DNA of 64,000 nt from contig LFSH01000059.1 in the NCBI GenBank assembly GCA_001513105.1, positions 11,375 through 75,374 of the forward strand, given 5' to 3'. The notes under the pieces are model-generated. The model was not told the DNA's origin and ran no database searches. It saw nothing but the letters and a program-made list of their open reading frames with translations. Below, piece after piece: positions 1-9,231 of this stretch. The DNA is from Clostridiales bacterium DTU070. Lineage in GTDB: Bacteria; Bacillota; Clostridia; DSM-8532. Made by a program: the position numbers and the translations under genes. The first letter of the stretch is position 1, and the number at the start of each line of letters is the position of its first letter.

Positions 1-1
1 T

Positions 2-355
2 CCTGTCTACCTGGGAAATGCTTATGACCGGGACATGAGTGCATCAGTGGTGTGTCCTGCAAATATAGGTGCCTGTGTAACAAACGCATGCGGAGGCAAT
101 ATAGGGGCATGTGCCCTGAATGCATGCGGAGCCAATGCCGGGGCATGTGGTGTTAACGGCTGCGGAGTTAAAGGCGGTGCGTGCGGCGTTGACGGTTGTC
201 CCGCAAATGGAGGTGCATGCGGAAGCAAGGCATGCGGAGGAAATGTCGGAGCATGCGGAACAGAAGCATGCGGAGGAAACGCCGGGGCATGCGGTGCAAA
301 AGCATGCGGCGGCAACACCGGTTCCTGCGGTGCCAAGGCATGCGGCAAAAATTAA
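2..355 (+). CDS. Cys-rich repeat RiPP precursor 1 (5'-partial; true start lies upstream of the window)
   Basis: Frame is open from nt 2: PVYLGNAYDRD precedes the ORF-track Met at 35 and aligns with IEYIGNAYSRE of the next gene. Core has 17 Cys with alternating spacing 7/5. Stop TAA at 353-355. Confidence 0.85.
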   Translation, partial: PVYLGNAYDRDMSASVVCPANIGACVTNACGGNIGACALNACGANAGACGVNGCGVKGGACGVDGCPANGGACGSKACGGNVGACGTEACGGNAGACGAKACGGNTGSCGAKACGKN

Positions 356-373
356 TAATAAGGAGGTTACAGT

Positions 374-742
374 ATGAGCAATAGAATTGAATACATAGGA
401 AATGCTTATAGCCGTGAAATAACAACGACCGTTGCATGCCCTGCCAATATCGGTGCATGTATTCCGAATGCATGCGGTGCAAATGCCGGAGCCTGCGGGT
501 TGAACGCCTGCGGCGCAAATGGCAGTGTTTGCGGGGTAAACACCTGCGGAGTCAAGGGAGGCATGTGCGGAGCAGATGCATGTGCTACCAATGCAAGTGC
601 CTGCGCAGCCAAAGCCTGTGGCGGCAATGGCGGTATGTGCGGCGCAGAAGCATGCGGTGCTAACGGTGGTATGTGTGGTGCCCATGCATGCGGTGCAAAC
701 GGCGGTTCGTGCGGAACAAAGGCATGCGGCAAAAACGGTTGA
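374..742 (+). CDS. Cys-rich repeat RiPP precursor 2 (122 aa)
   Basis: AGGAGG RBS just upstream; 21-aa leader, then 17 Cys at positions 22,29,34,41...113,118 (C-x6-C-x4 eight times); paralog of precursor 1; directly upstream of a radical SAM gene. Confidence 0.9.
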   Translation: MSNRIEYIGNAYSREITTTVACPANIGACIPNACGANAGACGLNACGANGSVCGVNTCGVKGGMCGADACATNASACAAKACGGNGGMCGAEACGANGGMCGAHACGANGGSCGTKACGKNG

Positions 743-776
743 TGCAGTGATCAGGATTATTTAGGTATCAGTAAAT

Positions 777-814
777 GGTTTGCTTACAAATCCATGGGAT
801 TTTGTAAACAAACC
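777..814 (+). other. Intercistronic stem-loop between precursor genes and maturase
   Basis: ggtttgcttacaaatcc / ggattttgtaaacaaacc imperfect inverted repeat; no U-tract follows. Confidence 0.55.
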
Positions 815-863
815 TGACCCGGTGAACATTTCATTAATATCTGTCATGCAAGGAGAATGAATT

Positions 864-2207
864 ATGAAGTTTTCCAGGTACAATCTTATTATCCCGGATG
901 AATCCCTGCCGGAGGATATGTTTCTTTTATGCAATACATTTTCGGGTGCAACATTCTTAATAGACTCCAGCCTTAAGGAACATATTGAAAAAAGGAATTT
1001 ATCAGCGCTTGAAAAAAATACAATTGAACAGTTTATTTCTGCAAACATCCTTATTGAAAATGATGATATTGATGAAGCAAGAATACATAGTTACTTTTGC
1101 AACAAGGAGAAGTTTGATAATTCGGTGCTGTCGTTAACCATCCTGTTAACCATGGGCTGTAACCTTAGATGCATTTACTGCTATGAGGGTGCCGGAGAGG
1201 TTTCAAACGAATCTCTTAATGACGAGACTCGCAGCAATATTTTTGATTTTATCAGGACACAGGCCGAATACCGCCGTTCACGAATTGTATCCATCTGGCT
1301 TTTTGGCGGTGAACCTTTACTGGACTTCAAATCCAATATACCTTTTTTAGAAAAGGTGCAAAATTTTTGCAGGGAAACCGACAGGGAATTCTTTACACAT
1401 ATCGTTACAAATGGTATATTATGTAACAGGGAGAATTTAAAAATACTTGAGAAGCTTAACTGCCAGACAATTCAGATTACCCTGGACGGTGTAAAGGAAG
1501 TACACGATAAAAGGAGGATATATAAAAACGGTAAAGGTTCATTTGACGAAGTACTGGCAGGAATTAAAAATGTAAAAAAGCACTATCCTTTATGCGACCC
1601 TATTATACGCATAAACATCGACAAAACCAATGTAGACCGGACCCGGGAGCTGCTGCAGTTTTTGCATGACGAGGGGCTTAATTCCTGTTCCTTGGATTTT
1701 GGCATTGTCAAAGGAACCACCGCTGCGTGTGCTTCATATAAAGGTAACTGTTTTTGCGAACATGAACTGGGAGACATCCTGTATAAGCTGTGGGGAATGG
1801 CCAAACAGCTGGGGTTCCCGATATATACCAATCCAACCAGGAGAAATATGTACTGCGGCTTATACTCGGACTCATCCTTTACGATCATGCCGAACGGTGA
1901 TTTATACAAATGCTGGGATTTTGTCAACGAGGAAAAGCACAGGGTTGCCAGGATTGGCGAAGGCGGCCAGGTAACGGACACAACCTATGCCTACTTTGAC
2001 TGGATGACACGCAACCCGTACGAAATAGCAGAATGCCGGGAATGTGCATACCTTCCTGCATGCGGGGGCGGATGCGTGGGTGTGAGCTTTATGGAAAAGC
2101 AGCAATACCATGCATCGGGCTGTTATAAAATGAAGGGTGTGCTTGAGAAGCAAATAATTGAACGTTTTAAAGGTGAACTTGATGCGAAAATTTCCAGGAG
2201 TTATTAG
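864..2207 (+). CDS. Radical SAM/SPASM peptide maturase with probable N-terminal RRE (PqqD-like) domain
   Basis: CNLRCIYC (CxxxCxxC), FGGEP, ITLDG; SPASM motif MYC...GDLYKC...CRECAYLPACGGGC...C; about 80-aa N-terminal extension typical of RiPP maturases; AGGAG RBS. Confidence 0.92.
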   Translation: MKFSRYNLIIPDESLPEDMFLLCNTFSGATFLIDSSLKEHIEKRNLSALEKNTIEQFISANILIENDDIDEARIHSYFCNKEKFDNSVLSLTILLTMGCNLRCIYCYEGAGEVSNESLNDETRSNIFDFIRTQAEYRRSRIVSIWLFGGEPLLDFKSNIPFLEKVQNFCRETDREFFTHIVTNGILCNRENLKILEKLNCQTIQITLDGVKEVHDKRRIYKNGKGSFDEVLAGIKNVKKHYPLCDPIIRINIDKTNVDRTRELLQFLHDEGLNSCSLDFGIVKGTTAACASYKGNCFCEHELGDILYKLWGMAKQLGFPIYTNPTRRNMYCGLYSDSSFTIMPNGDLYKCWDFVNEEKHRVARIGEGGQVTDTTYAYFDWMTRNPYEIAECRECAYLPACGGGCVGVSFMEKQQYHASGCYKMKGVLEKQIIERFKGELDAKISRSY

Positions 2208-3990
2208 GCGGAATTTCAAACTGTTAGGAAAAGGAATAAAGCTCGGCTATGGTTTCTTTTTTGTTCAGCTTGCCTGGGTTTTGTTCGGGAGCTTTATTAC
2301 CGTTCTTAACGTCGTCATTCCGAAATTTCTTATCGAGGCAATACAGAATCAGTCAATAACACAGGCTTTTCAGATTCTGCTCCTGACTCTTGGCATCAAT
2401 CTTTCGGCGAGCGTTGCAGAGATATATTATACGCCGTTTATAGCTCTGGCCAGGGAAAAGATAAACGTAAAAATCATAGACGAATTCCTGAAAAAAAGTT
2501 TTTCGCTGGAGCTTAAATATTTTGATAATCCCGGCTTTTACGATAAATATTCCATCGTTTTTGACAACTGCTGTGACCTGGTACATTCAGCCATAAATAC
2601 ATATTTAAGCCTGATAGCATCGGTGACGCAGATTGCCCTGGTATTTTCAATCCTGCTGTGGATGAATAAAGGGATTTTGCTGGTGATGCTGTCGGTTATA
2701 TTTATTCAGCTGATGATAGACAAAAAGCGGAAAAAGATACAGTATGACTACCAGAAAAGCATTACAAAGCAGAACAGGCAGTTGAACTATTTATACCGCT
2801 TGTTTTATGTCCCTCAGTTCATGAGGGATATACGGGTTAACTCGCTTAAGTCTTTTATTTTTAACAAGAAGAATGAAGCAACTAAGGATTTGCTGAACAA
2901 TGTAAAAACAACCCATAAGAAACTCAGCATTGTAAACTTTTTTGTTTCTGTTTTTTCTCACATGGAAACCTTCTTTATTTCCCTGTACTTTGTATTCCAG
3001 GCGTACAGGGGACGCATTCTTATCGGGGATTTTTTTGTTTCGCTTAACTCATACAACACATTGAAATCCTCAATTTCCAGCCTGTTTGCAACGTATAACG
3101 CCTTTTACTCAAATGACCTGTATATAAACGAATACCTTTCATTTATGGACACGGACAGCTCATCGGCATATAAAGGCAAAAAGAAGATCAGTGCCGGGGA
3201 AATTAAGCTGATTGAGTTCATCAATGTCAGTTTTACCTACCCGAATTCTCATTCGAAGGCCCTGGACGGTATCTCGTTTTCGATTAGGAAGGGAGAAAAA
3301 ATTGCAATCGTGGGCAATAACGGCGCGGGTAAAACAACGGTAATAAAACTCCTCCTGCGGTTATATGATCCTCAGGAGGGAATAATAAGGATAAATGGAA
3401 CAGATATCAGGGAATATGATCTTGTTGAGCTCAGAAATTCAATCTCGGTACTGTTCCAGGATTTCACGATATACCCGTTTACAATCAGGGAAAATATTAC
3501 CCTGGGGAAAAACATAAGCAATGAGGTGGTGGAAGATGCCCTTGACAGGGTGGGATTGCTGAACAAAGTTAAAAGCATGCCTCTTGGTTTGGATACACCT
3601 ATTACAAGCCAAATGCTGGAAGACGGCATTGAGTTGTCGGGCGGGGAAAGCCAAAGGCTGGCAATTGCCCGCATATATGCCGGCAACAAGGGGTTTATTG
3701 TACTGGATGAGCCTACAAGCAACCTGGATCCGTACATTGAACAGGAACTTTACGAAGCCATACTCAGCAATCTTGAGGAAAGTACGGTCATAATAATTTC
3801 CCACCGGCTCACATTTACATACAGAATGAATAAGATAATATGTATTGTTGACGGAAAAATAGCTGAGGAAGGTACGCACAGGGAATTGCTCAGGAACAGG
3901 AACGGGTACTACAGCGGAATGTTTGACCTGAGTGTGGATAAATATTTTGAAAAGGAACAGTCAAAAATTCTGAAGAGTTCAAATTTTTGA
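2182..3990 (+). CDS. ABC exporter, fused permease/ATPase (no C39 peptidase domain)
   Basis: N-terminal TM helices; Walker A GNNGAGKTT, signature LSGGESQR, Walker B IVLDE; ATG 2182 with AAGGTG overlaps the end of the rSAM gene (ORF track start 2158). Confidence 0.9.
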   Translation: MRKFPGVIRRNFKLLGKGIKLGYGFFFVQLAWVLFGSFITVLNVVIPKFLIEAIQNQSITQAFQILLLTLGINLSASVAEIYYTPFIALAREKINVKIIDEFLKKSFSLELKYFDNPGFYDKYSIVFDNCCDLVHSAINTYLSLIASVTQIALVFSILLWMNKGILLVMLSVIFIQLMIDKKRKKIQYDYQKSITKQNRQLNYLYRLFYVPQFMRDIRVNSLKSFIFNKKNEATKDLLNNVKTTHKKLSIVNFFVSVFSHMETFFISLYFVFQAYRGRILIGDFFVSLNSYNTLKSSISSLFATYNAFYSNDLYINEYLSFMDTDSSSAYKGKKKISAGEIKLIEFINVSFTYPNSHSKALDGISFSIRKGEKIAIVGNNGAGKTTVIKLLLRLYDPQEGIIRINGTDIREYDLVELRNSISVLFQDFTIYPFTIRENITLGKNISNEVVEDALDRVGLLNKVKSMPLGLDTPITSQMLEDGIELSGGESQRLAIARIYAGNKGFIVLDEPTSNLDPYIEQELYEAILSNLEESTVIIISHRLTFTYRMNKIICIVDGKIAEEGTHRELLRNRNGYYSGMFDLSVDKYFEKEQSKILKSSNF

Positions 3991-4003
3991 AAAGGAGGTA
4001 GAT

Positions 4004-4375
4004 GTGTGCGTGTCAATTGCTAACTACTTTATTATTCCTGAAGCCATTATAACCGTTGGCATTGTCCTTGTAGCCATACTGTCGATGCAGAAACAGAAAA
4101 TAGCAGATTCAAAAGGCGATATTTCAATTGGTTCTCTTAACAAGGCCGAAATACTTAAGCTGTCGCAGGAGGAAATTAAAAAACTCAGGAAAGTTGTCGC
4201 TACTGCAGCAGGCTGTCTGTTTCTTATAACTTTGCTGATTGCTTTTGGTGCGATATTCCTTTGTGAGTTATCCCTGGTCAGCATTGTTACCTGCCTGGTT
4301 TTGCAGGTTCTTTTAACAGTCATTTGCGGAATACCGTTTATGAAGAGAATCAAGGCATTCAGGCATGTTTCATGA
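4004..4375 (+). CDS. Small multi-pass membrane protein, possible immunity/accessory protein
   Basis: AAGGAGG RBS before GTG; three hydrophobic segments; immediately follows the exporter stop. Confidence 0.75.
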   Translation: MCVSIANYFIIPEAIITVGIVLVAILSMQKQKIADSKGDISIGSLNKAEILKLSQEEIKKLRKVVATAAGCLFLITLLIAFGAIFLCELSLVSIVTCLVLQVLLTVICGIPFMKRIKAFRHVS

Positions 4376-4626
4376 AATTGCATGCCGGTTGGAATTCCAT
4401 ACGCTCATCCGTGCAATACCGGTGAGCGTTGATTTATAATGTTCAGAACCTGCGGTTAACAGTACTTTGGTTAAGGAACCGGGCAAACAGCCCATAAAAC
4501 TGGATGCAGGCCGGGAAGAAGTTAACCGGCCATATTGGTTTGGATTTTCTTCGGAGGAAATTGAAATTTAATGTCCTACTTTTATTAAGCTGTAATATGG
4601 CACAGTGACAGGAGAATAATACCAAA

Positions 4627-4653
4627 AAGGCAAAGAGTAAACCCCTTTGCCTT
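4627..4653 (-). terminator. Rho-independent terminator of the chvE-gguAB operon
   Basis: aaggcaaag/ctttgcctt stem with an A-run on the left (U-tract on the minus strand), 40 nt past the gguB stop. Confidence 0.7.
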
Positions 4654-4692
4654 CAAAACGGAATATATATAGTACAACAAATGTTAGGATAA

Positions 4693-5865
4693 CTAATACC
4701 TTGCTTTTGCCTTCGATTTCGAGATCACATCAAAGGCGACGGCAAGAATGGTTACTAATCCCTTTATTATGCTTTGCCAGAATGTACTTATTCCCATAAT
4801 TGACATTCCGTTGTTCATGATCCCCATTATGAAACCGCCGATAATTGCGCCGATAATAGTTCCGACTCCCCCTGTTGCCGAAGCGCCGCCTATGAAACAC
4901 GCGGCAATTGTGTCCAGTTCGAATCCCTGTCCTGCGGTAGGGGTTGCAGAATTCAGCCTTCCTGCAAACACAATTCCAGCAAGGGCAGCCAGAAACCCCA
5001 TATTGGCATAAACCCAGAACATGACTTTCCGGGTGTTTATACCAGACAGCTCTGCAGCTTTTGCATTCCCGCCCAGTGCATAAATATGCCGTCCTGCAAC
5101 GGTTTTGTTCGTTATAAATGAATACACTGCAATTATTACTACAAGCAGAATCACGATATACGGCAAACCATTGGCCCTGGCAAGCCAGTAAGCGAACAGG
5201 TTAATAATCAGGACAACAAGTGCTGTTTTTGTCATAAACCACTGCTTCGAGTTCACCTCATAGCCGTTCCTGATTTTGCTGAACCTGATGATTAGCTGTG
5301 CAATAAGGTATGCAACAGAGCAGACAACACCGATAATAACCGTTGTCAGGTGCAGCCCGTTCACGCTGAAAAAATCAGGAATACTGTCCGATGCTATGGT
5401 TATGTACAGTTTAGGCAGCAGTACCGTCTGCCCGTTCAGAATAATATTGTTTACACCGTTGAATATCAGCATTCCCGCGAGGGTCACTATGAAGGGCGGG
5501 ATTTTGACAAAGGCTATCCAGAATCCCTGCCACATACCTGCCAGCAACCCCACCAAGAGTCCCAGGAATATCGAAAGGGATGCCGGCAGGCCGAGCCTGA
5601 CGCTGAATAAAGCTGATGACGCACCTACCATTGCCACAACCGAACCAACCGACAGGTCAATATGCCCTCCGGTAAGTATGCACAGCATCATTCCCACGGC
5701 AAGTATCAGTATATAACTGTTCTGAAGAATTAACCTGGATACGTTGATTGGCCTTAACAGGATTCCTCCGGTCAGTATCTGAAAAATAAGCACAATTGCT
5801 ATCAGTGCGAAAAGCATTCCGTATTGCCTTATATTATACCTGAATACATCTCTGTGTTTTTCCAT
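4693..5865 (-). CDS. gguB: Multiple monosaccharide ABC transporter permease
   Basis: RbsC-type permease: GHIDLSVGS, IPPFIVTLAGM, GGNAKAAELSGI, GFELDTIAACFIGG; operon with chvE and gguA. Confidence 0.9.
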   Translation of the reverse strand: MEKHRDVFRYNIRQYGMLFALIAIVLIFQILTGGILLRPINVSRLILQNSYILILAVGMMLCILTGGHIDLSVGSVVAMVGASSALFSVRLGLPASLSIFLGLLVGLLAGMWQGFWIAFVKIPPFIVTLAGMLIFNGVNNIILNGQTVLLPKLYITIASDSIPDFFSVNGLHLTTVIIGVVCSVAYLIAQLIIRFSKIRNGYEVNSKQWFMTKTALVVLIINLFAYWLARANGLPYIVILLVVIIAVYSFITNKTVAGRHIYALGGNAKAAELSGINTRKVMFWVYANMGFLAALAGIVFAGRLNSATPTAGQGFELDTIAACFIGGASATGGVGTIIGAIIGGFIMGIMNNGMSIMGISTFWQSIIKGLVTILAVAFDVISKSKAKARY

Positions 5866-5893
5866 TTTGTGATCCCTTCTTTATCCAATAGTT

Positions 5894-7426
5894 TTACCTG
5901 GACGATTCAAGAATGCATTTCATAATATTTTCCTGGCTTGCTTCAGCTTTATTCATCTCTCCCACAATCCGGCCTTCATTCATAATGTAAATCCTGTCGC
6001 ATATCCCCAGAATTTCAGGCAGTTCGGAAGATATCAGAACAATGCATTTCCCCTGTTCCGCAAGTTTGTTGATAATGCTGTAAATCTCATATTTTGATCC
6101 CACGTCAATCCCGCGGGTGGGCTCATCGAGGAAAATAACGTCGGGTTCTGCAAAAATCCATTTGCTCAGTACAACTTTTTGCTGGTTGCCGCCCGACAGC
6201 TCCCCTGTTTTCTGATATATTCCTGATGCTTTTATGTTCAGCCGCTGTCTCAGTTCTTCACTGACAATGGTTTCAAGCTCCTCGCTTATTACGAGGTTTT
6301 TACTGACCTTATCGAGTCTTGCCAGCGTTATATTCCTCTTTATATTATCAATCAGTATCAGTCCCGCGGTTTTCCGGTCCTCGGTAACATATGCCAGGCC
6401 TTCCTTTATGGCATCCCTGACGCTTTTGAGCACCAGTTCCTTTCCGTCCTTTATAACTGTTCCGCTTATTTTTCTTCCGTATGCCTTGCCGAACAGGCTC
6501 ATTGCAAGCTCTGTTCTTCCTGCACCCATAAGCCCCGCTATGCCGACTATTTCTCCGCTCCGCACATTGAAACTTACATGGTTTATACGCATCCTGCTGT
6601 CGTCGAGCGGATCATATACAACCCAGTCCTTTACTTCGAACCGCACTTCCCCGATATTCGGGGTCCTTTCCGGGAAACGGCTGACAAGTTCCCTTCCCAC
6701 CATTCCTTTAATAATCCTGTTTTCAGAAAACTCATCCACATCCCGTTTCAGCGTTTCAACAATCATACCGTCACGTATAACGGTGATTTTATCAGCTATA
6801 CGGATGACCTCGTATATTTTGTGTGAAATTATTATGCACGTAATTCCGTGTTCCTGGTTCAGTTCGAGAAGCAGGTTAAGCAGATTATTCGAGTCTTCAT
6901 CGTTAAGCGCAGCTGTAGGCTCATCAAGAATAAGGAGTTTCACATTTTTTGAAAGTGCTTTGGCAATCTCCACAAGCTGCTGCTTTCCAATCCCTATATC
7001 CATAACCAGCGTATCCGGGTCTTCTGTCAACCCCACTTTTTTCATCAGCTTCCTGGCTTCCTGCCTGGTATAATCCCAGTTTATAATGCCGTTTCTGGCA
7101 CATTCATTGCAAAGGAATATGTTTTCAGCAATTGTCATAAAGGGATTCAGAGCCAGCTCCTGGTGTATGATGGCGATTCCCACCTTCTCGCTGTCCTTCA
7201 CATTCCTGAATTCGCATTTTTTCCCTTCAAAAACAATTTCCCCGGAGTATGTACCGAAAGGATAAACCCCGCTGAGCACATTCATCAGCGTGGATTTTCC
7301 CGCACCGTTTTCTCCGACCAGTGCATGGATTTCTCCCTTTTCAACCTGCAGATTTACATTATCCAGTGCTTTTACACCAGGAAAGGTTTTTGTAATGTTC
7401 CTCATATCAAGAATAATTTCCGCCAT
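5894..7426 (-). CDS. gguA: Multiple monosaccharide ABC transporter ATP-binding protein
   Basis: Tandem ABC domains, [29 protein letters not shown]; start MAEII preferred (track start 7441). Confidence 0.92.
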   Translation of the reverse strand: MAEIILDMRNITKTFPGVKALDNVNLQVEKGEIHALVGENGAGKSTLMNVLSGVYPFGTYSGEIVFEGKKCEFRNVKDSEKVGIAIIHQELALNPFMTIAENIFLCNECARNGIINWDYTRQEARKLMKKVGLTEDPDTLVMDIGIGKQQLVEIAKALSKNVKLLILDEPTAALNDEDSNNLLNLLLELNQEHGITCIIISHKIYEVIRIADKITVIRDGMIVETLKRDVDEFSENRIIKGMVGRELVSRFPERTPNIGEVRFEVKDWVVYDPLDDSRMRINHVSFNVRSGEIVGIAGLMGAGRTELAMSLFGKAYGRKISGTVIKDGKELVLKSVRDAIKEGLAYVTEDRKTAGLILIDNIKRNITLARLDKVSKNLVISEELETIVSEELRQRLNIKASGIYQKTGELSGGNQQKVVLSKWIFAEPDVIFLDEPTRGIDVGSKYEIYSIINKLAEQGKCIVLISSELPEILGICDRIYIMNEGRIVGEMNKAEASQENIMKCILESSR

Positions 7427-7517
7427 AATTGCCCTCTCCATATCCGCTACAGTATGGTTCGATTAATACCGGTAAAGACATGGTGCAGCATTGCCAAAGC
7501 ACATAACAGGGTATTTC

Positions 7518-8621
7518 TTATTTCAGCTGGTCCTCGGTATAGTACCCGGATTCAAGCAATAACTCCCTGTAATTGTTTACATCAGCAAAAACGGGTTCGC
7601 ACAGGTAGGACGGAACAATTTTAACCCCGTTGTGGTAAGTCTTTGTATCATTTATTTCAGGCTCGGTACCGGCCATGATGGCATTAACCATTTCCACAAC
7701 CTTTGCGGCAAGGGTCCGGGTATCCTTGAACACTGACATGGACTGTTCGCCTGCAATCAGCTGCTTGACATTGGTAATGTCGCAATCCTGCCCGGTAAGA
7801 ATCGGATAGGGCTTGTCGGCAGAACCGTATCCCGCGGCCTTCAGTGAAGCCACTATTCCCTGTGCAAGGCTGTCATTGGGCGACAGAACAATATCAACAG
7901 GCTCATCGGAATAGTAAGCAGTGAGGAGATTATCCATCCTTGCCTGGGCTCCTTCAGACTTCCAGCCCATGATGGCGATCTGCTCCATTTCGGTCTGCCC
8001 GGACTTAACGACCAGGACACCGCTGTCTATGTACGGCTTCAGTGTATCCATTGCTCCTGCATAAAAATAATATGCATTGTTGTCATCGGGAGAGCCGCCG
8101 AATACTTCCATTGTAAACGGCCCTTTTGCGCCCTTGTCGAGTTCAAGGGTCTTTATAATATATTCCGCCTGGATTACGCCGACCTTGTAATTGTCAAACG
8201 TCGCATAATAGTCAACATGCTCTGTTCCCTTGATTAACCTGTCGTAAGCAATTACCTTGATATTCTCCTTTGCTGCTTCGGCCAGCACACCCGTCAGCGA
8301 TTCACCGTCGATTGAAGCAATAACCAGGACCTTCGCTCCCTTTGTAATCATGTTCTCTATCTGTGATATCTGGGTTTCCACAGAATTCGCGGCGTACTGA
8401 AGGTCAACCTTGTATCCTGCCTCTTCGAGCATCTTTTTCATGTTATCCCCGTCCTGGTTCCAGCGCTGCAGGGATTTTGTAGGCATTGCAACCCCAATCA
8501 GCGCTCCGCTCCGCTCACCGCTTACAGCACCTTTGCCCGATTGTGCATCACAGCCGGTGATTAGTGTTGTAACCGACGCTAAGATAAAAAGCGCAAGAAC
8601 AACAGAAATGATTTTTTTCAT
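7518..8621 (-). CDS. chvE: Multiple monosaccharide-binding lipoprotein ChvE/SbpA
   Basis: Lipobox LITGC; [23 protein letters not shown] and TGQD motifs; GGGAGG RBS before MKKIIS at 8621. Confidence 0.92.
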   Translation of the reverse strand: MKKIISVVLALFILASVTTLITGCDAQSGKGAVSGERSGALIGVAMPTKSLQRWNQDGDNMKKMLEEAGYKVDLQYAANSVETQISQIENMITKGAKVLVIASIDGESLTGVLAEAAKENIKVIAYDRLIKGTEHVDYYATFDNYKVGVIQAEYIIKTLELDKGAKGPFTMEVFGGSPDDNNAYYFYAGAMDTLKPYIDSGVLVVKSGQTEMEQIAIMGWKSEGAQARMDNLLTAYYSDEPVDIVLSPNDSLAQGIVASLKAAGYGSADKPYPILTGQDCDITNVKQLIAGEQSMSVFKDTRTLAAKVVEMVNAIMAGTEPEINDTKTYHNGVKIVPSYLCEPVFADVNNYRELLLESGYYTEDQLK

Positions 8622-9076
8622 AAAAAAACCTCCCTTTATCAACCTCTCTCTTATCACGGCTTTCATAAGCTGAACATGCTGCATGGCTTTAACGTACCGG
8701 AATACAAATACAGCTTATTCAGTCATGCTTGTTCTTGATCATATGCCTGTTACCGGGACAATATGACGGTATACTGATTTTTTTGGACAAAAGCACGGCT
8801 ATACTTCCTTTATGGATACAGGGACCCGGATGCGGTTATCCGTGCGTTTCGAAAAGGAAAACATGATATGAAAGCATATTTTGAGGCTGGCATTTTGCCC
8901 TGTTATAAGGGTGGTGCCGAGAACAGAATGTTTTTGCGGATCATCATATACTTCATGTAACGGTATTTTATTTATTATCAGTGGAATTGGGCATTAAAAT
9001 GCCGCTGGTTTTATGAAGCGGCCGGAACCCGGTTATTGAAAAATAATTTAATAAAAGCCCGGCAGCTGACAGATGC

Positions 9077-9127
9077 AAAAAAACCGGGCGGGAATCCTTC
9101 ATTTGATGAAAGCATCCTGTCCGGTTT
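9077..9127 (-). terminator. Terminator downstream of GH39 copy 1
   Basis: aaaccgggcggga / tcctgtccggttt stem with an A-run giving a U-tract on the minus strand. Confidence 0.65.
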
Positions 9128-9231
9128 CTTCCTGTTCATAATTCCCGGGTAATTCTTTAATTACTGGTGCCTTGCAGCAATACAGAATATGAAGATAATA
9201 CCACGGATACTGTCCATTGTTTTCAGTAAGA

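Noticed and set aside
22-732. Minus-strand Pro-His-Ala repeat ORFs (22-348, 406-732) and Cys/Ala-rich ORF 44-685; plus-strand ORFs 120-377 and 196-384
   Set aside because: Shadow frames of the repetitive GCATGCGG-rich precursor genes; no RBS, whereas the plus-strand Cys frame has an RBS, a conserved leader and operon context.
53-735. 36-bp DNA periodicity resembling a CRISPR or VNTR array
   Set aside because: The repeats are degenerate at synonymous positions, have no unique spacers and stay in frame, so they are a coding repeat; no cas genes are present.
4376-4626. Possible sRNA downstream of the RiPP cluster (TATAAT at about 4435, weak hairpins)
   Set aside because: Poor -35 box, weak stems and no recognisable Rfam motif.
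6234-7073. 279-aa plus-strand ORF
   Set aside because: Antisense shadow of gguA with Ser/Leu-rich composition typical of reverse frames.
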